Below are positions 1 through 9,058 of a DNA stretch of 64,000 bases, piece by piece. The translations under genes and the position numbers were made by a program. Positions within the stretch are counted from its first letter, which is position 1. Each line of letters opens with the position of its first letter. The notes beneath the pieces are model-generated. The model made no database searches, was not told where the DNA came from, and saw nothing but the letters and a program-made list of their open reading frames with translations. The DNA lies in the sequence record DRR378314_2799, one strand, 5' to 3'.

Positions 1-76
1 GCTGAAGGCGCTCCCCTGCTAAGGGAGTATGGGGTTAATAGCTCCATCGTGGGTTCGAATCCCACCTTCACCGCCA
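1..76 (+). tRNA. tRNA-Ser(GCT), 5' end truncated by window edge
   Basis: Anticodon arm CTCCC-CTGCTAA-GGGAG, long variable arm, T-arm GTGGGTTCGAATCCCAC, encoded 3' CCA ending at 76. Confidence 0.95.
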
Positions 77-486
77 GTGCTTCCTGCTCCATTATTTTCT
101 CTTTATAATTAACGCTTTAAAAGTGTTGGCGAAAATGCTTCCCCACACGGGTATCCAACATAACCTCTTTTGATCTATGTGATTTGATATCCTGTCGATT
201 GTTGGTCCGGTTGCAACCCGTGGCTCGTAAGGTTTAGATTTTCCCATCGAATGCGGTTCTAATTGGCATCTTTCAATCTTGATGTTTGGCGAGATTTTTC
301 GGGCATATTTTTTCGTCTGCGGCGCTTGTGAGTAGTCGTTTATAAGTATGAAAATAAACTAATGATTAACTGATTTGTGGGATGGTGCCATTAGAATAAG
401 TATACGCGGGAACTGCTTACATATTGTCCTTGGCAAGGTTCAGTGTCCTGCTTCTAGGGTGGAGTAGATGTGTGAAGAAGCAATCG

Positions 487-2109
487 ATGGCGACTGTTGA
501 GGCGGAAGAGCAAGCGCGGTTAGCTGCCCTTAACAATTATGACATCCTGGATACCGCAGCGGAAATGGCCTTTGATCGGTTGACGCAGCTGGCATCATCG
601 TTTTACGCCTCCCCAATCGCATTGGTGTCGTTGGTGGATCGGGATAGGCAGTGGTTTAAAAGCCGTGTTGGTCTAGACGACGCCACAGAAACACCCAGAA
701 GCATAGCCTTTTGCCATCATGCTATTCAGCAGGATAAACCCCTAATCATTAATGATGCAACTCAGGATGACCGGTTTAAAGATAATCCTCTTGTCTTAGG
801 ACATCCTGATATCCGCTTTTATGCTGGGGCACCGTTAAAGACACCGAATGGGCAAAAAATCGGAACTCTCTGCATTATTGACTACAAACCGAGATTGAAC
901 TTTATTGAAAATGATGCAGAACAACTCTCGTTGTTGGCAGACATTGTGATCAGTGAGATGGAGCTGAGAATAAAGAGCAACTGTCTGGAAAAAGCAATGA
1001 TAGAGGTGGAGAAGGCATCGCAATCGAGGTCTCATTTTTTGTCTTCCATAAGCCATGAAATCCGGACACCGTTAAGCGGTGTTGTTGGTTTGACAGAGGC
1101 CTTGTCGGATTGCAAAATTGATAATAATGGCCAAGAGATTGTAGAAGGAATTAAATCATCCTCTCAAATCTTAATGGGGCTTTTGAACGATGTGTTGGAC
1201 TATGCCAAAATCGAAGCCGGCAAATTTCAAATTCATCGTAAAAATGTAGAATTTTCAAAATACTTGAAAAACTTTGCTCGTATCTGGGAGAAAATGGCGC
1301 TTGAAAAAGGGCTGAGCTTCCAAATGGAGTGTGACCCCGACTTACCTGAAGTCCTGGCCATGGATGAGCTTCGCTTTACTCAGATTCTGAATAATATTTT
1401 GAGCAATGCCCTTAAATTCACGAAGGAAGGCGGAGTGAGCATTATTTTCAGCCGAATTGATTTCGGTGGCCGTCCTGGTGTGCAAATTGATATTGCAGAT
1501 ACCGGTATGGGAATGTCGGAAAGGCAGTTGGACAAGTTATTCTTGCCCTTCGAGCAAGCGGACGGATCGATTGCTCAGGATCATGGCGGAACAGGCCTTG
1601 GCATGGCGATTACAAAAAATCTGGTGGCCCTGCTGGGTGGTGAAATCGGCTGCCAAAGCATAGAAGGAAAAGGGACGCGGTTTACGTTGAAGTTCCATGC
1701 GGAAATCCTCTCGTACGATGGAGGAAAAACAGTAGAACTGGCAGAAGTTCCTCAAAAACCGGAAAGGATCCTGATCGTGGATGATATCGATGTTAATCGC
1801 ATGATCGCGCGGCATCTCGTCCATAAGTTGGGGCATGTTCCTGCGGAGGCGAAAAACGGATACGACGCCATTAATCAGCTGAAATCTGCAGATTTTGATT
1901 TGGTGTTAATGGATTTGCATATGCCAGGGATGAGTGGGATTGAAGCTGCCGCAAAAATTAAGGCATTTAAGCCAGAGCAAAGAATAGTCAGTTTAAGCGC
2001 GGATGACACATTGGATGATGGTCAGAATGACATGAGTGTCATGGATGCTCAGCTTGTAAAGCCTTTGACTAAAGAAGGGCTTGCGAGAATTATCTCTAGC
2101 CAAAGTTGA
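487..2109 (+). CDS. GAF-sensor hybrid histidine kinase (GAF-HisKA-HATPase-REC)
   Basis: EQARLAAL..YDILDT GAF start, SHEIRTPL H-box, G-boxes DTGMGM/GGTGLG, REC VLMDLHMPG; ATG at 487 preferred over TTG at 424. Confidence 0.93.
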   Translation: MATVEAEEQARLAALNNYDILDTAAEMAFDRLTQLASSFYASPIALVSLVDRDRQWFKSRVGLDDATETPRSIAFCHHAIQQDKPLIINDATQDDRFKDNPLVLGHPDIRFYAGAPLKTPNGQKIGTLCIIDYKPRLNFIENDAEQLSLLADIVISEMELRIKSNCLEKAMIEVEKASQSRSHFLSSISHEIRTPLSGVVGLTEALSDCKIDNNGQEIVEGIKSSSQILMGLLNDVLDYAKIEAGKFQIHRKNVEFSKYLKNFARIWEKMALEKGLSFQMECDPDLPEVLAMDELRFTQILNNILSNALKFTKEGGVSIIFSRIDFGGRPGVQIDIADTGMGMSERQLDKLFLPFEQADGSIAQDHGGTGLGMAITKNLVALLGGEIGCQSIEGKGTRFTLKFHAEILSYDGGKTVELAEVPQKPERILIVDDIDVNRMIARHLVHKLGHVPAEAKNGYDAINQLKSADFDLVLMDLHMPGMSGIEAAAKIKAFKPEQRIVSLSADDTLDDGQNDMSVMDAQLVKPLTKEGLARIISSQS

Positions 2110-2152
2110 TGTATAAAGTTGAGCGCCCTGTTCGGATCAGTTTTTTGCGGTT

Positions 2153-2182
2153 TTAATAGCCAAATAGATCTTTGGCTATTAA
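2153..2182. terminator. Hairpin between convergent genes (possible bidirectional terminator)
   Basis: TTAATAGCCAAA-TAGATC-TTTGGCTATTAA, perfect 12-bp stem. Confidence 0.55.
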
Positions 2183-2218
2183 CGGAAGGTTCCAGCCCAG
2201 AAATTGGGTGAAGAGCGT

Positions 2219-3058
2219 TTAGGTATAATATTCGGCCTTATCCGCAATTGTCAGGCGATGAAGCTTACGCTCATACCCTTCATATCCGCCGGAAGCCTTA
2301 TGAAGTACAGATCGATTATCCCACAGGACGAGCATGTCGGGCTCCCACTTGTGCTGGTAGACAAATTCTTCCCGGTCCTGCCAGTCTTTCAGGTCTGCTG
2401 CCAGTTGTATTGCCTCCTCATGAGACATGCCTTCAAAATCGACAACGTAGCTGCCGCCGAACAAGCCGATTTTACCACTCTCCGGTTGAGAGCGTATAAT
2501 CGGGTGAACCTGGATTTTTTGGGCTTCATCTGAAACGGTTATGCGCATGGCGCCGTTGTCTTTTGCATATGCGCCGTCGCGGGCGTAAGCTGAGCGTGCT
2601 GAATGGATGGCATTCAGTTCTGCTAATTTTTGCTTCATTTCATCAGGCAATTTTTCATAAGCTAAATGCTGATTGGAGAAGAAAGTGTCTCCGCCTTGGG
2701 GGGGGATGACAATACCATAAAGGCAGGTGCCGGACGGCGGAACAGGCATAAAACTCCAGTCTGAATGCCAATTATCAGCAAAAATGCGGCCTTTTTCTTC
2801 TGCGCCTCGGTGAACCGCAGCTATTTTTGCATGCCCATCAATCGGTTCAATAAACGGGTCGTCGCCAATGGGACCAAAATATTCGGCAAATCGGACCAAA
2901 TCATTATTTTCAAGCTTTTGATCAGGGAAAACCAGAACATGGTGATCCATCCAGACTTTACGGATCTGTTTTAGATCTGCCTCGGTCACGGGTTTGGAAA
3001 AATCGACACCAGTAATCTTTGCACCGCAAGGGGCGTTTAATTTTGTGACTTCAATCAT
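2219..3058 (-). CDS. TauD/TfdA family alpha-ketoglutarate-dependent dioxygenase
   Basis: WHSD (HxD) motif, GGDT, WDNRSVLH...R motif. Confidence 0.93.
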   Translation of the reverse strand: MIEVTKLNAPCGAKITGVDFSKPVTEADLKQIRKVWMDHHVLVFPDQKLENNDLVRFAEYFGPIGDDPFIEPIDGHAKIAAVHRGAEEKGRIFADNWHSDWSFMPVPPSGTCLYGIVIPPQGGDTFFSNQHLAYEKLPDEMKQKLAELNAIHSARSAYARDGAYAKDNGAMRITVSDEAQKIQVHPIIRSQPESGKIGLFGGSYVVDFEGMSHEEAIQLAADLKDWQDREEFVYQHKWEPDMLVLWDNRSVLHKASGGYEGYERKLHRLTIADKAEYYT

Positions 3059-3095
3059 GGAGAGATCCTTATTCTTAGTGTTTTTAAATCGTTAG

Positions 3096-3131
3096 CATTA
3101 AAATAGTTGTTGAACAACAACTATTTTAATG
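3096..3131. promoter_or_regulatory. Probable TetR operator
   Basis: Perfect 17-bp inverted repeat CATTAAAATAGTTGTTG-AA-CAACAACTATTTTAATG between divergent TauD-family and TetR genes. Confidence 0.75.
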
Positions 3132-3194
3132 TATTGCTATTAGATTGATTTTTATTGATAAATCAAATGAACAGTTCCGCCCAAGGATACTTAA

Positions 3195-3827
3195 ATGGCC
3201 AAGGCCCGAAAAAATCCCGAAAGAAGAGCCGACTCAAATCAGCGAATTATCCTGGCTGCAATGGAGCTATTTGCGGAAAAGGGATACCAGCGGACCACAC
3301 TGATCCAAATCGGCCAACGGGCCGGGTTTACCGGAACATTGGTGAGTAACCGTTTTGGAAGTAAAGAGCGGGTCTTGCGTGCAGTTTTGGCCCATATTCT
3401 TAATCGGTTTGAAAACCGGGAAGTTAAACCTGAGGACAGGGGGCAGACTGTTGCTGATCGCCTGTCCCGGTTTGTTGCCATGTATTTGAAAGACGTTTCA
3501 GAGCAGGAGGCAAGAATTCGCGCGTTATATGTGCTGATGGGAGAGGCTATGGGGGCGTTGCCGGAAATCGCTGAGGAGATGGTAAAAGTAAATACGGTCT
3601 TTCGCGAAGAAATCCGCGGCCTTATTCAGAGCGGAATGACCGCGGGGGAATTTGATCAAAACCAGGATGCAAATCTGTCGGCAACTATGGTTGTTGGTCT
3701 GTTGCGGGGGATTGCAATGCAGTTTCTGGCAGAACCCGATAGGTGCGAAATAAACGAACTGATCAATTATGCACAAAATGTGGTTGGTAGGGCCGTTCAA
3801 GGTGCTAACGGGCATTCGCGGGAATAG
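3195..3827 (+). CDS. TetR/AcrR family transcriptional regulator
   Basis: N-terminal HTH IILAAMELFAEKGY..TT...IG.RAG....V...FGSKE. Confidence 0.92.
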   Translation: MAKARKNPERRADSNQRIILAAMELFAEKGYQRTTLIQIGQRAGFTGTLVSNRFGSKERVLRAVLAHILNRFENREVKPEDRGQTVADRLSRFVAMYLKDVSEQEARIRALYVLMGEAMGALPEIAEEMVKVNTVFREEIRGLIQSGMTAGEFDQNQDANLSATMVVGLLRGIAMQFLAEPDRCEINELINYAQNVVGRAVQGANGHSRE

Positions 3828-3878
3828 TTGAACCCGAAATAAGATGAGAGCGCGGTTGAAAAACTGTGAGCGTTATTC

Positions 3879-4889
3879 TCAACCCCGAGCGCGCGGTAGC
3901 CAGTTGGTCAGAATGGGACCGGTGATGGCAAATGTTAGTCCCACCAGAAAAAGTCCGGAGAGTTCTTCTCCCAATAAAAGGGCCCCGAACGCACTGGCCG
4001 CAACGGGTGCCAAGGGAACATAGATAGCTGCTTTGGAGGGGCTTAGCTGTTGCAATCCCCAGTTAAAGAGGAAAAGACTAACGGCCGCAGCGGGACCTGC
4101 CAGGTAGAGGATCCATAGCCAGGTCTCTGTTGAAAAACCGGTTGCAACGGTGGGAAACCCTTCAGTGAAGGCAAACACCATAATAAATGAAGCTCCCGCA
4201 GACATACTTATCAGTGTCGCATGAACGATTGAGCAGGCCTTTAGCAAGCGGGAGGAAAAGGCGTTGTATATGGAGCCGCAACAGACTGCCATAAAGAATA
4301 GAAACTCCCCGCTCCAGCTGTCGGCCCCCGGTCGATCTTGGAACGCTTTTTCACCAATTGCCAGAGAAACGCCGATGATCGAAAGGATAGCTGCAAACAG
4401 GTTTATGCTTGTCAGCTTGTCCCGTCCTGCGGCGGCGGCGAAGATCATTGTCATAACCGGAATAAGGGAAAAAATAACCGCCCCGCGGGAGGCTGGGATC
4501 TGTTCCAGTGCCGTATTCACAAACAAGTGAAATAGGCCAAATTGAAAGGTTCCAAGTCCCACTAAGACTATCATAATCTTAAACGGAGGGGCAGGGCGTC
4601 TCACAAATAGCAGCAGCGGTAACAGCATCAAAACAGCAAGCCCATACCGTAGAAATCCCAAAGTCGCCGGAATTGAATGTTGCTCCATAACAATGCGGAT
4701 CGCAACAAAGGACATCCCCAGCATCACTGACGCCCCACTTAAAGCAAGATGGGGCGTGAAGGCAATCAGACCGGGATTTTTCTTTAGTCTGTTGAGGCGT
4801 GATGGGGTCTCTAACTGTCCCAAGCTTTTTTCACCTGTGTGGATCGATTGATAGGGCCGCGATGTTCCAATTATAATGCAGGAAGGCAA
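3879..4889 (-). CDS. DMT/EamA family transporter (true start uncertain, may be downstream)
   Basis: About 10 hydrophobic segments in two EamA-like repeats (FLRY, LIPVMT, LLGE). Confidence 0.85.
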   Translation of the reverse strand: MPSCIIIGTSRPYQSIHTGEKSLGQLETPSRLNRLKKNPGLIAFTPHLALSGASVMLGMSFVAIRIVMEQHSIPATLGFLRYGLAVLMLLPLLLFVRRPAPPFKIMIVLVGLGTFQFGLFHLFVNTALEQIPASRGAVIFSLIPVMTMIFAAAAGRDKLTSINLFAAILSIIGVSLAIGEKAFQDRPGADSWSGEFLFFMAVCCGSIYNAFSSRLLKACSIVHATLISMSAGASFIMVFAFTEGFPTVATGFSTETWLWILYLAGPAAAVSLFLFNWGLQQLSPSKAAIYVPLAPVAASAFGALLLGEELSGLFLVGLTFAITGPILTNWLPRARG

Positions 4890-4928
4890 AGACCGCGTTG
4901 TCTTTTTTTCAGTGCGGTTCAGGTTTCG

Positions 4929-5348
4929 CTATTCGTCTTTGGTATCTTCAGGGCCGACCCAGGCGAAGGGATTATAGGCCAGTTCCCAAAGGTGACCATC
5001 GGGATCTTTGAAGTAGCCGGAATAACCACCCCAGAAGACTTTTTGAGGAGATTTAACGCTGCTAGCCCCCGCCGCGAGAGCTTCTGTGAAGGCTGCATCC
5101 ACTTCTGCTTCGCTGGCAAGATTATGGGCGAGGGCAACACTGTTGAAATTTCCCGGCTCGAAAAGGACAGTTGCGTCTTTGGCGAGATCTTCGCGCCCAT
5201 AAAGACCAAGCCATGTTCCGTTTAGGTTGAAAAAAGCAACTTCAGGGGGGCTTTCCAGGCGCGGAAAACCAAGCCCTTTTTCATAGAATTCGATTGATCG
5301 TTTGATATCATCCACACCAAGGGTGATCATGCTGATCCGGGGTTTCAT
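4929..5348 (-). CDS. VOC/glyoxalase family protein
   Basis: MKPRISMITLGV, FWGGYSGYFKDPDGHLWE. Confidence 0.92.
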   Translation of the reverse strand: MKPRISMITLGVDDIKRSIEFYEKGLGFPRLESPPEVAFFNLNGTWLGLYGREDLAKDATVLFEPGNFNSVALAHNLASEAEVDAAFTEALAAGASSVKSPQKVFWGGYSGYFKDPDGHLWELAYNPFAWVGPEDTKDE

Positions 5349-5461
5349 GGGTCTCACCTGTTTGATTGTTTGAATTGTTTCTGGTTTATGGTTTTTCACA
5401 AACATAAGGCCTTTCTTTCAGATCGCCTAAAAGTAGGATAAGAAAATGTGATGTAGGTCAT

Positions 5462-5956
5462 TTGGAATTGGCGGGGGAAGACGATTTGATAGGCACGGTA
5501 CTCAGAAGTTTGGGACTTTTGATCCCCGCTCTTGTTCCGTCCTGGCGTTTTTTTGATACGGTAGCCCCCTCTCCGCGAATCCAGATAGTTCAACTTGCCA
5601 GTCCGGATGCAGTGGTTGAAGAACAGGATTGGCAGACGTTCAGACCGCGACCCAAAAATCTGCCTCTATGGCAAATGATCTTGCGGATATTTTGGAATTA
5701 TCGCTGGAATGAAAGTCTGTATCTAATGAGCTGTGCAGAACGGCTTATGCGTGCACCGTCCGCTCATAGTGACGTTGAAATCATTCGCCATATCCAACGG
5801 GATTTATTGGTTGCTTCAAAAGAGGAAAGCAGACCTTTATTTGCCCGTTACAGTTTGCTGTTTATCACACGTGAAGAGGGAGAACTCTATCAAGTCAGAG
5901 CTTATATGTCTGAGCTATTTCCTGTGAGGGTTGAGGAGCCCCATCATGACGTTTGA
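5462..5956 (+). CDS. Conserved hypothetical protein coupled to the HTTM gene
   Basis: 164-aa ORF with LVPSWRFFD..PSPRI segment, overlaps start of next gene; start uncertain. Confidence 0.7.
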   Translation: MELAGEDDLIGTVLRSLGLLIPALVPSWRFFDTVAPSPRIQIVQLASPDAVVEEQDWQTFRPRPKNLPLWQMILRIFWNYRWNESLYLMSCAERLMRAPSAHSDVEIIRHIQRDLLVASKEESRPLFARYSLLFITREEGELYQVRAYMSELFPVRVEEPHHDV

Positions 5957-6647
5957 GGTGGCAATGCGGGCAACAGAAATTCTGATGGGTTGGGCATTCC
6001 TTCAACAGAGTGTGGAGCATCTGTGGAGCCGAAGCTGGGAGAGGTATCTTTATTTAGTTCGCGCAGGACTTGCGCTGTTGCTTTTGGTCGGTGTGGCGAC
6101 AAACTGGGTTTGCCTGTTGCTGTTTTTGATAGCGTTCGTAACACTGTTTCGATTTCAGGGCCCCTTTAATGGCGGAAGTGATCGGATGAGTTATCTGATC
6201 CTCAGCTGTGTGACACTGGCCAAGTTTTTGCCAGATCCAACCTGGCAGGAATTGGCTTTTGGCTATCTGGGGCTACAGTTGGTCCTGTCTTATTTCATTT
6301 CCGGATGGGTGAAAATTGTGAATGTGGAATGGCGGCAGGGGCGGGCACTTGCTGATGTTTTTGCCTATTCTGCCTATCCGGTCAGCGAGTCGCTACGAGG
6401 CTGGCAACATCAATCAAGGTTACTGCTGGCGATGTCATGGGCGGTGATGGGGTTTGAACTTGCCTTTCCTTTCAGCTTGATGGCTAAGGAGGCTTTAATT
6501 GTCGGATTTTTCATCGCTGGTTTATTTCATCTGGCAAATGCGTTTCTGTTCGGTCTGAACCGGTTTTTCTGGATCTGGATCGCGGCTTATCCCTCTCTAT
6601 TTTGGTTGCAGGAGAGATTATTTGCAGGTCGATTTCTGGGGGATTGA
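5946..6647 (+). CDS. HTTM-domain membrane protein
   Basis: Multiple TM helices, GPFNGGSDRM, SYFISGWVK...W..G, FHLANA..FGLNRFFW typical of HTTM proteins. Confidence 0.8.
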   Translation: MTFEVAMRATEILMGWAFLQQSVEHLWSRSWERYLYLVRAGLALLLLVGVATNWVCLLLFLIAFVTLFRFQGPFNGGSDRMSYLILSCVTLAKFLPDPTWQELAFGYLGLQLVLSYFISGWVKIVNVEWRQGRALADVFAYSAYPVSESLRGWQHQSRLLLAMSWAVMGFELAFPFSLMAKEALIVGFFIAGLFHLANAFLFGLNRFFWIWIAAYPSLFWLQERLFAGRFLGD

Positions 6648-6665
6648 AACCTATAGAGTTGACGC

Positions 6666-6694
6666 AAAAAAAGCCCCCGCAGGGCGGAGGCTTT
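6666..6694 (-). terminator. Rho-independent terminator of the Cache gene
   Basis: Minus strand AAAGCCTCCGC-CCT-GCGGGGGCTTTTTTT hairpin plus U-tract. Confidence 0.75.
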
Positions 6695-6718
6695 CCTGAT
6701 CCTGAAGTTCAGGAGATG

Positions 6719-7171
6719 TTATTTATAGTAACCAACGGCAAAGATCAGATCGCCGTGTTTTTCGGTATAAGCTTCTTTTGGCGCAATCTTTTTAGTTTCC
6801 GGATGAACCCATTGATAGGTCGTCCATGCGCTGCCGTTGGCGATTGTGTTTTCAGTATATTCTTTCACAAATTCTTTACCGGTCGGGTCTTTCAAAGCCA
6901 TCAGATTGCGGCCAACGAGTTTTTCGTTTGCGCCGTGAAAGACGATTTCTTTGGAAGAGGCACTTTGAATAAATACATAAAATTCGCCGTGGTTAAAATC
7001 GCTGCCTTTAGTTGCAAAGTCAGCGAAGGCTTTTTCCTGGCCAGCTTCTTTGTAATGGGCGATGGCAGATTTAACGAGATTTTCTGCAATTGTCTTTTTA
7101 TCTTCCGCGTGGGCTGCAAAAGCCGTGATTACGGTAAATAGGATTAGGGCTGGGGCTAGAATTTTGCGCAT
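6719..7171 (-). CDS. Stand-alone periplasmic single-Cache domain protein
   Basis: Signal peptide ending AHA; FYVF, HGAN.KLVG.N...LKDPTGK.F, Y.W.HP......K..Y. Confidence 0.88.
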   Translation of the reverse strand: MRKILAPALILFTVITAFAAHAEDKKTIAENLVKSAIAHYKEAGQEKAFADFATKGSDFNHGEFYVFIQSASSKEIVFHGANEKLVGRNLMALKDPTGKEFVKEYTENTIANGSAWTTYQWVHPETKKIAPKEAYTEKHGDLIFAVGYYK

Positions 7172-7257
7172 ATCTGTTTCCTAAGCTTCAAACATTGTAC
7201 TTTGGCGATTTGACATTTTTTGTCGAAATCTTTCCCGCTTATTTAGCGGGATAAAAT

Positions 7258-7314
7258 TTAAGAACAAATTAATAAGCGGATTATTTCTAATTGGATTTGT
7301 TAACAGATTGTTAA
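7258..7314. promoter_or_regulatory. Two perfect CtrA boxes
   Basis: TTAA-GAACAAA-TTAA (7258-7272) and GTTAA-CAGATTG-TTAA (7299-7314) match TTAA-N7-TTAA(C). Confidence 0.7.
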
Positions 7315-7368
7315 GACCTGTGGCGCAACAATCCAGCCCCAGATAGGTTTAGAAAAAGGTTTTCACCA

Positions 7369-7539
7369 ATGGCTAAGATGAAAGAAGGTATTGTCGGCAA
7401 TTGTGTCCTGGCAGGGCTGTTCTGTATTCTTCTGGCAGTTTTGGTGATGGAGCAAGGCCTGTTGCCGCGAGATGGGGTAGAAGTTGAAATCACCCCGATA
7501 TTTCTTGCCAGCCAAAATGATCAGCTCACTAATCGCTGA
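7369..7539 (+). CDS. Small (56 aa) single-TM hypothetical protein, below the ORF-track cutoff
   Basis: Hand translation MAKMKEGIVGNCVLAGLFCILLAVLVMEQGLLPRDGVEVEITPIFLASQNDQLTNR; fills an otherwise empty gap. Confidence 0.45.
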   Translation: MAKMKEGIVGNCVLAGLFCILLAVLVMEQGLLPRDGVEVEITPIFLASQNDQLTNR

Positions 7540-7624
7540 TGATCCTGTAAACCCTTTTTATACAGCACAAAACCTTCCCAACCTGTCACGGCTTTGTATC
7601 TTAGGTTCAAAGCGAGAAAAGGTT

Positions 7625-8401
7625 TTAAGTTGGCGCGTTGTTGGCTTTCTGCCAGATCCAGCGGACACCGCCTAAGTCAAACCCCTTTTCCTCAACCTCA
7701 AGCCCTATATTTTCGGCCCGTTTTAAATAGTTGGTTGGATCCGTTGCCGTCAGGGTTATTGTTTCAAAATAATCTAGGTGTCCCGATCCAAGGGCTTTAA
7801 ATTTTAGCTGACCGTGATCCAGTTTCAGGACACCCTCCGGCTCCAGTTTTTTATCCATTAATTCAGCCCACCGATGGCCAACGTCTTGTGGCTGACGGCA
7901 GGCGAAAGAAAACTGGGTAATGTCCACATCTGGGTTTAAATTTTTCTGCCATTCGGATCCGGCCCATTCATAAGCATCCAATCGGTCTTCGCCATTTTGA
8001 TGGCGATCAAACTCTAACAACGCGACACCTGTATCTCTGGGGTGCAGTTGTAACAGGTCAGCGGCGGGCGTAGATCTTTGATAAGCAACTTCAATACCCA
8101 ATTTTTTGCCATTTTGTTTCAGGCGATTCACATTTTCACAATCAAAAATGGCCATGTAGCCACCAATGCCACTGGTTTTAGTCAAGAACCTGTTCACGGC
8201 GGTTTTCTCCCTTGTTGGAGCAACCACTTCTAAAAAGCTTCCTCCGACGGCGAACATCACATTTTGAAGTCCAAATTCAGAGAGGTTGGCACGATGACAG
8301 GGGGCAACGCCTAGGATTTCCTGTAACTGATGTTCAACAGGATCCAACGCCGCCGCCGCTAGACACACCTGGCGCAATCGGACAAAGGGCGCGGTCCTCA
8401 T
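7625..8401 (-). CDS. VOC/glyoxalase-like domain protein
   Basis: RLRQVCL, FGLQN......G.SFLEVVAP, QLHPRD; 4-bp overlap with upstream gene. Confidence 0.8.
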   Translation of the reverse strand: MRTAPFVRLRQVCLAAAALDPVEHQLQEILGVAPCHRANLSEFGLQNVMFAVGGSFLEVVAPTREKTAVNRFLTKTSGIGGYMAIFDCENVNRLKQNGKKLGIEVAYQRSTPAADLLQLHPRDTGVALLEFDRHQNGEDRLDAYEWAGSEWQKNLNPDVDITQFSFACRQPQDVGHRWAELMDKKLEPEGVLKLDHGQLKFKALGSGHLDYFETITLTATDPTNYLKRAENIGLEVEEKGFDLGGVRWIWQKANNAPT

Positions 8402-9015
8402 AATTTACCCTGCGCGCGACAGATTTCGCGCTCAACCGCAGGAAGACTATCTTTTCCGAAGAAAATTTCATTATCGATAAACAGGGTCGGGCATCCGAAG
8501 GTTCCTCTTTGCACCGTCGCACTGGTATTACTGATCAGCGCCTGCTTGACATCATCTTCCTGTATGCGGGACAGAATATGATCGGCATCAAAACCACCAT
8601 CAATTAGCGCTTGCTGGAAAATATGCGGATCATCCAATTTCAGGGATTGTTCCCACATCGCCTTGAGCACGACATCAAAATACTCTTTAACGAAGCCTTC
8701 CATATCGGCAACGATTGCGCCGCGCATCGCCATAACGGTGTTGACCGGAAAGTGACTGTTCATCTTAAAATCCGTCATCTGGTGATCCCGAATGAACCGC
8801 TGCATCTCCAGACGCATATATTCGTTCTTGCCTTTGACATTCTGGTTGGTCAGAAATGGAGCCTGATTGTTTGTCATTTTGAAAATGCCGCCCAGTAGAA
8901 CCGGCACATATTTGAATTCGACACCAGTGCGCTCTTCAATTCCGGGGATGAGTTTGTGACAAAAATAGATATTCGGGCTGGCGACATCGATGTGAAGTTC
9001 AGCTGTGACAGACAT
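8398..9015 (-). CDS. 2-hydroxychromene-2-carboxylate isomerase / GST-kappa (DsbA-like) family
   Basis: DVASPN.Y, PVLLGGIFK, FPVNT..AMRG, GTFGCPT....FFGKD. Confidence 0.9.
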   Translation of the reverse strand: MSVTAELHIDVASPNIYFCHKLIPGIEERTGVEFKYVPVLLGGIFKMTNNQAPFLTNQNVKGKNEYMRLEMQRFIRDHQMTDFKMNSHFPVNTVMAMRGAIVADMEGFVKEYFDVVLKAMWEQSLKLDDPHIFQQALIDGGFDADHILSRIQEDDVKQALISNTSATVQRGTFGCPTLFIDNEIFFGKDSLPAVEREICRAQGKL

Positions 9016-9058
9016 GTGGGTCCTCCGTGTTTATTTTCGCTTTTTTAGCTTTTAAGAT

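Noticed and set aside
6602-7141. 179-aa plus-strand ORF
   Set aside because: Antisense to the Cache gene and runs through its terminator
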